Shown one piece after another: positions 62,516-64,000 of a stretch of DNA of 64,000 nucleotides. Positions within the stretch are counted from its first letter, which is position 1, and each line of letters opens with the position of its first letter. Source of the DNA: Haliotis cracherodii (lineage: Eukaryota); NCBI RefSeq assembly GCF_022045235.1, contig NW_027266272.1, positions 6,758,001 to 6,822,000 on the forward strand. The letters run 5' to 3'. Both the position numbers and the translations under genes were made by a program. Below the pieces are notes generated by a model. It ran no database searches and was not told where the DNA came from. It worked only from the letters and a program-made list of their open reading frames with translations.

Positions 62516-63505
62516 GTTACTGGGGGAGGGCCTAGAACTCCCTTCCGAAAACCGTCGAACACGTCCCCAAAAAACTCGACTTCAAAATCAGCTTTCATTA
62601 AATTCGACTTGATTATCTCTAAGATAAATACGTAATAAATGAAAACGTAGTTACACTGTTGATCAGTTTTATCCATTCTTAGAATATTTCTGTACATTAT
62701 ATATCCTATTTGGCGCACTGTGCACAAAGAAGGCCCAAAAAGCTGTAACACGCATGCGTGACCGGCAGTTGTGTGGTAAGTACGTGGAATCACGAGATTC
62801 ACGTGCTTGGTCATGCGCATTCCGATATCGTTTAAACGTATTCTTATCATACCGCAACTCATTCAAAGATGTAACCCAAGTCAAGCCGTCACCTAATCGC
62901 CTCCATTCAGAGACAGTCTGACCAGAAAATACGAATACCCTCGAATACCATTCATGCGGTCATGTGACCACAACCCTGTCATGTGATACGGTCACTGTCA
63001 TGTGATCCGTCGGAATTTCAAGCCAGGTAACCGGGATATATTCACGATCACCGCGTATGACCAATGTACCAACTCACCGTCTGGATTTAGTGTATATAAC
63101 AGTTCCGTTTTGTTTCGGTTTTTGTTACACACCGTCCAGTAGCGGTAATGAGGGTGTAATTACACTCCAGAAAACCCCGTTCTAATTGACGTTGCTCAAA
63201 ACGCCATAAAAAGTTAATCGGGCGAACTAACGTGGGTTATCTGACGAGACTATTCGAGATCGGTGGCTGATTATGCAAATGATAATTCTTTTGTTATAGC
63301 CTGGTTCGGGGAGTTAGTGTTGGGTGATTCATAGATAGGGGTGGGCTTGAGGGGTGGGGGCGGTAAGAGGGTGGGGGAGCAAGGATGGCTCTTTTTAAGG
63401 ATGATTTGTAGTGTCTGACGCGTTCACTCTAGAACACCAAGCATTAAAATTGTCAGGATGGTCACCGCTGTAGTGGACACAGATGGCGATTTTAGAGGAT
63501 CCAAG

Positions 63506-63663
63506 AGTGAGTATGGTTTTACTCCGCATTTAGTAATATTCCAGCAATATCAAGGCGGGGAACACCAGATATGTGCTTCACACATTGAACCCATTTGGGG
63601 AAGCGAACTCGGGACTTCTGCATGAATAGCGAACGCTTTAACGACTAGGTTACCCCACCGCCC
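63506..63663 (-). mobile_element. SINE family C
   Basis: gagtgagtatggttttac..gcgaacgctttaac..taccccaccgccc. Confidence 0.85.
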
Positions 63664-64000
63664 TTATATTAAGAGGAGCAATGATTTAGTTAACATATTA
63701 TTTCGGTTTTCGTCAACCATGAATATTCCTTATTCCTGATTGTCTGTGGTTTAGAGGAAGCCATCGAGCGATATCCAAAGGCTGGAGGACGTAAGTAACA
63801 TGTGTCGTGAACACGTCATTCTGAAATTCCCCTAGTGTACACGACACCGGGTGTTTAACTACCAGTTATTAGTGAACTTACAATGGCGTCCTAAATATTC
63901 CTCGTTTGGAATAAGCAGCTCTTGGCTACTCTCGATCGCAATGTTTGACACCGAAATATCCCAAGTAAATGGCAGTGGCGTGTACATAATCAAGTTTGGA

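Overview
Eukaryotic (animal) genomic DNA, almost entirely non-coding. The SINE repertoire, with (ACTC)n, (AAAC)n and (CACCT)n tails and a Meta-like body, looks molluscan and most like abalone/Haliotis; this is recognition from memory, not a database result. Contents: (1) one credible coding exon at 50184-50643 (+), the first coding exon of a secreted pro-protein (signal peptide, RLKR furin site, strong GTAGGT donor) behind a CCAAT/CpG-rich promoter, with no further exon recognised before the window ends; (2) a decayed Tc1 (DD34E) transposon at about 41877-43364 and a decayed R4/Dong-clade LINE fragment at about 11015-11872 (-); (3) about 40 SINE copies or fragments from four families (my labels A-D), all ending in the same covarying 3' stem-loop; (4) about 11 unrelated mini/microsatellite arrays totalling roughly 18 kb, which produce nearly all the long ORFs in the track; (5) several non-autonomous DNA elements. 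The most interesting items are a SINE-like family with a precise, structured, non-tRNA 5' end, a TSD-flanked 212-bp inverted element carrying two degenerate Penelope-type hammerhead motifs, a recurring palindrome-plus-short-TIR composite element, and a tailless tRNA-head retrocopy. No prokaryotic systems, CRISPR arrays, rRNA or functional tRNA are supportable. Coordinates were read by eye and edges of degenerate repeats are approximate.
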